Below are positions 60,390 through 64,000 of a DNA stretch of 64,000 nucleotides, one piece after another. Source of the stretch: Fervidobacterium sp. (GTDB lineage Bacteria; Thermotogota; Thermotogae; Thermotogales; Fervidobacteriaceae); the NCBI GenBank assembly GCA_049970055.1, contig JBMFNR010000001.1, forward strand, positions 192,001-256,000. The letters run 5' to 3'. The stretch's first letter is position 1. Each line of letters begins with the position of its first letter. The translations under genes and the position numbers were made by a program. A model generated the notes under the pieces. It ran no database searches, was not told the origin of the DNA, and saw only the letters and a program-made list of their open reading frames with translations.

Positions 60390-61469
60390 ATGAAAAGGTT
60401 GGTACTTTTGGGATTGTTTACGGTGTTGATTCTTTCGGCTGTATTGAACTTCGCCGTTGATATTGGTATTGTACTTCCAACAAATGTTGAACCACGCTGG
60501 ATTCAAGATGAAACGAGGTTTAGAGAATTGCTAAAAAACACAAAGTATTCTGTTGAAATTCTTTTCAGCCAAGGTACTCCTGCGAAGGAAAGAGAAAATG
60601 TCGAAGCATTACTTTCAAAAGGTGCAAAGGTTATTATCATTTGTCCACACGACGCAGTTGCTGCAGCAGTTTCAGCGGAATTGGCTAAAAAATCCGGCGC
60701 ATATGTGATTTCTTACGACAGACTTATCATGAACACAGCAGCGGTAGATTACTATGTGACATTTGACAGTATTGAAGTCGGCAGAGCAATGGGAAGATTT
60801 CTCGTACAAAATGTAAAACCAGGAACCAAGAATAACCCACTCTACCTATATGCAGGTGCCCTTTCCGACAACAATTCGTTCCTTTTCTTCCAAGGTGCAT
60901 GGGAGATACTCCAACCAAAGATAGCAGATGGTACGTTCAGGATAATTAACTCAAGCGAAGCTGAAAAAGTTAAGAACAAAAAAGATCTTACAAGAGATGA
61001 AATGTCAAAAATAATCGGACAAGTTACAACAAACTGGGATTTCAATGTTGCGAAGAAAAAAGCTGAGGATGACCTTACGAAAGCAAAGAACACAGACAAG
61101 GGTGTAGTCTATATTCTTGCTCCAAATGATGGTACAGCAAGAGCCATTGCTGATGCATTCAGAGCCGACAAAGCTGTTAAAGAGTATTTCATAACAGGTC
61201 AAGATGCCGAAAAGGCTTCCGTACAATACATAATTGATGGTAAACAGTCGATGACAGTTTTCAAGGACACAAGAGTTCTTGCTGGTGACGCTATTAAAGT
61301 TGCTCAGTTACTTCTTGAAGGTAAAAAACCAACAACAACTGCAACGTATGATAACGGAAAGATAAAAGTTCCCGCTATTCAATCAGAAATCCAAGTTGTA
61401 ACTAAAGACAATGTGAAGAAGATTCTCATTGAATCAGGATACTACAAAGAATCAGATTTCAAATGGTAA
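60390..61469 (+). CDS. Monosaccharide ABC substrate-binding protein (XylF/ChvE-like)
   Basis: PRWIQD, ISYDRLI, APNDGTA, TGQDAE, QSMTVFKDTR. Confidence 0.9.
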   Translation: MKRLVLLGLFTVLILSAVLNFAVDIGIVLPTNVEPRWIQDETRFRELLKNTKYSVEILFSQGTPAKERENVEALLSKGAKVIIICPHDAVAAAVSAELAKKSGAYVISYDRLIMNTAAVDYYVTFDSIEVGRAMGRFLVQNVKPGTKNNPLYLYAGALSDNNSFLFFQGAWEILQPKIADGTFRIINSSEAEKVKNKKDLTRDEMSKIIGQVTTNWDFNVAKKKAEDDLTKAKNTDKGVVYILAPNDGTARAIADAFRADKAVKEYFITGQDAEKASVQYIIDGKQSMTVFKDTRVLAGDAIKVAQLLLEGKKPTTTATYDNGKIKVPAIQSEIQVVTKDNVKKILIESGYYKESDFKW

Positions 61470-61516
61470 AACATCGAGATAAATTAGAAAAGTAACCTTT
61501 TAATTTAAATAAGGTG

Positions 61517-61548
61517 GATAAGGTGGCGTGAAAGACCGCCACCTTATT
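61517..61548 (+). other. Intercistronic stem-loop after the binding-protein gene
   Basis: ATAAGGTGGCG-TGAAAGAC-CGCCACCTTAT; no T tract, so it may stabilise mRNA rather than terminate. Confidence 0.6.
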
Positions 61549-61638
61549 CAAAGAATGAAAATGTATTAATTCACTAAAGTATAGCTAAAAGGTATAATTT
61601 GAGTGTAAAAAGGCATAAAAGAGAGGTGAAATACCGAG

Positions 61639-63162
61639 ATGAGTGATTACATACTGCAGATGAGAGGTATTACCAAAACATTTCCAGGTGTAAAAGCTCT
61701 TGATAATGTTGACTTCAAGGTAAAGCGTGGAGAAATTCACTGTCTTGTTGGAGAAAATGGTTCTGGTAAGTCAACACTAATGAAAGTACTAAGTGGCTTT
61801 TACTCTTACGGGGAATACGAAGGGGAAATTATCTTCGAGGGAAAAGTTCAAAAATTTAGGCATATACATGACAGTGAAAAAGTTGGAATTGTTACGATAT
61901 ATCAAGAGCTAGCTCTTATTCCTGAATTAACGGTACACGAGAATATATTTCTTGGTCATGAAATTAAAGATGGAATGTTTGTCAATTGGAATGAAACGAT
62001 AAGGAAGGCCAAAGAAGTACTCCAAAAACTGAAACCTGACTTGGATACTTCCAGGAAGATCAAAGACCTTGGTGTAGGCCATCAGCAGATTGTAGAAATA
62101 GCAAAGGCGTTGACTAAAAATGTAAAGTTACTTGTCTTGGATGAACCGACATCTTCATTGAACGAAGATGACAGCGAAAATCTGCTGCGGATTATAAGAG
62201 AGTTAAAAAAGCAGGGGATAACATCTATACTTATATCCCACAAATTAAAAGAGGTTATAGAAGTTGCGGATTCAATAACAGTTCTCAGAGATGGGAAGAT
62301 GGTAGCTTACATTGATAAGAAGGAAGATTTTACGGAAAGAAATATAATTAAATACATGGTTGGAAGAGAAATTGAAGATATTTATCCAAAAAGGCAGAAG
62401 AGAGAGTACGGTGACAAGATTTTTGAAATAAGAAACTGGAAAGCTTTTGATCCAAAACTTGATAGGTATGTTGTCAAAAATGCAAATATGTACGTTCGAA
62501 AAGGTGAGATAGTTGGTATAGCCGGTCTTATGGGAGCGGGAAGAACAGAACTTGCGCTTAGCTTGTTTGGAAACGCGAAAGGTTACAAAGTTGAAGGTGA
62601 AATGTATTTTGATGGATCTTGGAGGAGATTTAAATCCCCAAGTGAAGCGATTAAGGAAGGATTTACATACCTCTCAGAGGACAGAAAAGTGCTTGGATTG
62701 ATACTTGATTTCGATGTAAAAACAAATATTACACTTGCAGGTTTAAAACAACTGAAAAAAGGGCTTTTTGTAAACGAGAATGAAGAGATAGTTGTTTCGG
62801 AAAAATATAAGCATTCTTTGAAAATTAAGACTCCAACAGTTGAGCAAAAAGTAATGAATCTTAGCGGTGGTAACCAGCAAAAGGTTGCTATTGCAAAGTG
62901 GCTTTTTGTTAAGCCTAAACTCCTTGTTCTTGACGAGCCAACAAGAGGTATAGATGTCGGCGCAAAATATGAAATATATACACTCATGAATAGGATAGTT
63001 GAAGAGTATGGTATGAGTATAATAATGATTTCTTCTGAACTTCCAGAGGTGCTTGGAATGAGCGACAGAATCTATGTAATGTCTGGCGGAAAAATCGTGG
63101 GTGAACTTGAGAGATCGGAAGCTACTCAAGAAAAAATAATGGCCATGGCTGTTGAATACTAA
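61639..63162 (+). CDS. Monosaccharide ABC ATP-binding protein (XylG/GguA-like)
   Basis: GENGSGKSTL, two ABC domains, LSGGNQQKV, DEPTRGIDVGAK. Confidence 0.93.
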   Translation: MSDYILQMRGITKTFPGVKALDNVDFKVKRGEIHCLVGENGSGKSTLMKVLSGFYSYGEYEGEIIFEGKVQKFRHIHDSEKVGIVTIYQELALIPELTVHENIFLGHEIKDGMFVNWNETIRKAKEVLQKLKPDLDTSRKIKDLGVGHQQIVEIAKALTKNVKLLVLDEPTSSLNEDDSENLLRIIRELKKQGITSILISHKLKEVIEVADSITVLRDGKMVAYIDKKEDFTERNIIKYMVGREIEDIYPKRQKREYGDKIFEIRNWKAFDPKLDRYVVKNANMYVRKGEIVGIAGLMGAGRTELALSLFGNAKGYKVEGEMYFDGSWRRFKSPSEAIKEGFTYLSEDRKVLGLILDFDVKTNITLAGLKQLKKGLFVNENEEIVVSEKYKHSLKIKTPTVEQKVMNLSGGNQQKVAIAKWLFVKPKLLVLDEPTRGIDVGAKYEIYTLMNRIVEEYGMSIIMISSELPEVLGMSDRIYVMSGGKIVGELERSEATQEKIMAMAVEY

Positions 63163-63175
63163 GGAGGGTTGTAAA

Positions 63176-64000
63176 ATGGGGTTTTTTGGTGAGTTGAAAG
63201 AGCTTTTGAAAAAGAACATTCGTGAGTACGGTATGTACATAGCTCTTGGTGTTATAATGGCCATCTTTACCATTCTTACGAATGGATTGTTTTTCTCTTC
63301 AAGGAATATCAGCAACTTATTCAATCAAATGGGGTATATAGCTGTTCTTGCCGTTGGCATGACGCTTGTTATTGTTATAAGGCACATAGACCTTTCTGTT
63401 GGTTTTATGGCGGGTTTCTTGGGAGCAATTGCGGCAAGACTTCTTAGAGACGGAATGCCCGTTTTACCTACTATTTTAATTGTTTTAGGTCTCGGAACTG
63501 TGTTCGGACTGGCAAATGGTTTCTTGGTTGCAAACGTTGGACTTCCTGCTTTTGTTGCAACGCTTGCCGGTATGATGATTTTTAGAGGAGCGCTTTTGTT
63601 GTTTACACAAAGTACTGGTACGATTATCGTCATGGAAGATCATTTCAATGCTATCGGAAATGGATACATACCGGATTTGTTTAAGATAGGAGATATTCAT
63701 GGCCTAACGCTTTTAATCGGAATAGTTATCGTTGGATTGTATGTATTCAATGAGGTAAAAACGAGAAACAATAAACTTAAGTACAACTTTGAAGTTCTCT
63801 CTATTAGGATGTTCATCTTAAAATTATTTTTCGTTTCTGCTATCATATTCTATGTATTTTGGATTCTCGCGAATTATAACGGCCTTTCATGGACATTTGT
63901 TATTACACTATTGATAACTTTCGTTTATCATGTATTGACAACCAAAACGGTTCTTGGAAGACACATATACGCAGTCGGTGGTAACCCCGAAGCTGCAAAC
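63176..64000 (+). CDS. Monosaccharide ABC permease (XylH/GguB-like), truncated by the window end
   Basis: MGFFGELKELLKKNIREYGMY..., GMTLVIVIRHIDLSVG, PAFVATLAGM, GRHIYAVGGNPEAA; AGGAGG RBS. Confidence 0.9.
   Translation, partial: MGFFGELKELLKKNIREYGMYIALGVIMAIFTILTNGLFFSSRNISNLFNQMGYIAVLAVGMTLVIVIRHIDLSVGFMAGFLGAIAARLLRDGMPVLPTILIVLGLGTVFGLANGFLVANVGLPAFVATLAGMMIFRGALLLFTQSTGTIIVMEDHFNAIGNGYIPDLFKIGDIHGLTLLIGIVIVGLYVFNEVKTRNNKLKYNFEVLSIRMFILKLFFVSAIIFYVFWILANYNGLSWTFVITLLITFVYHVLTTKTVLGRHIYAVGGNPEAAN

Noticed and set aside
62583..63700. Minus-strand ORFs (134, 193, 102 and 71 aa) and similar short antisense ORFs throughout the window
   Set aside because: They lie opposite well-supported genes and carry no recognisable motifs

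Overview
Low-GC (roughly mid-30s %, by eye), gene-dense chromosomal segment of a Thermotogae bacterium. It is most likely a Fervidobacterium-like organism (inferred from protein style, tRNA-Arg(GCG), a DUF3855-like gene, a LonC-type protease and the ornithine operon). Most of it is housekeeping: xseA, panC, dprA, priA, cinA, ddl, purB, flgMNKL, rlmH, prmA, mnmG, pfkA, ispE and two tRNAs. Notable content: (1) a partial Pel-type exopolysaccharide locus pelG-pelD-pelE with an intact RxxD c-di-GMP site, and no pelF/pelA in the window; (2) a candidate C-rich small RNA just upstream, with 12 nt of perfect complementarity to the pruA ribosome-binding site; (3) an 'iron' ABC transporter whose binding protein has AfuA-like sugar-phosphate motifs and whose permease carries a fused Cache/PDC-like sensor domain; (4) the B12-dependent ornithine oxidation operon ord-ortAB-oraSE plus pruA, with its GlmL-like partner 19 kb away and no racemase; (5) an independently transcribed, membrane-anchored Thr/Glu tandem-repeat microprotein; (6) an uncalled 33-aa NSS-transporter small subunit; (7) a prmA that apparently starts at CTG. 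No CRISPR array, IS element, prophage or rRNA was seen. All calls come from motif recognition by eye; no searches were run.
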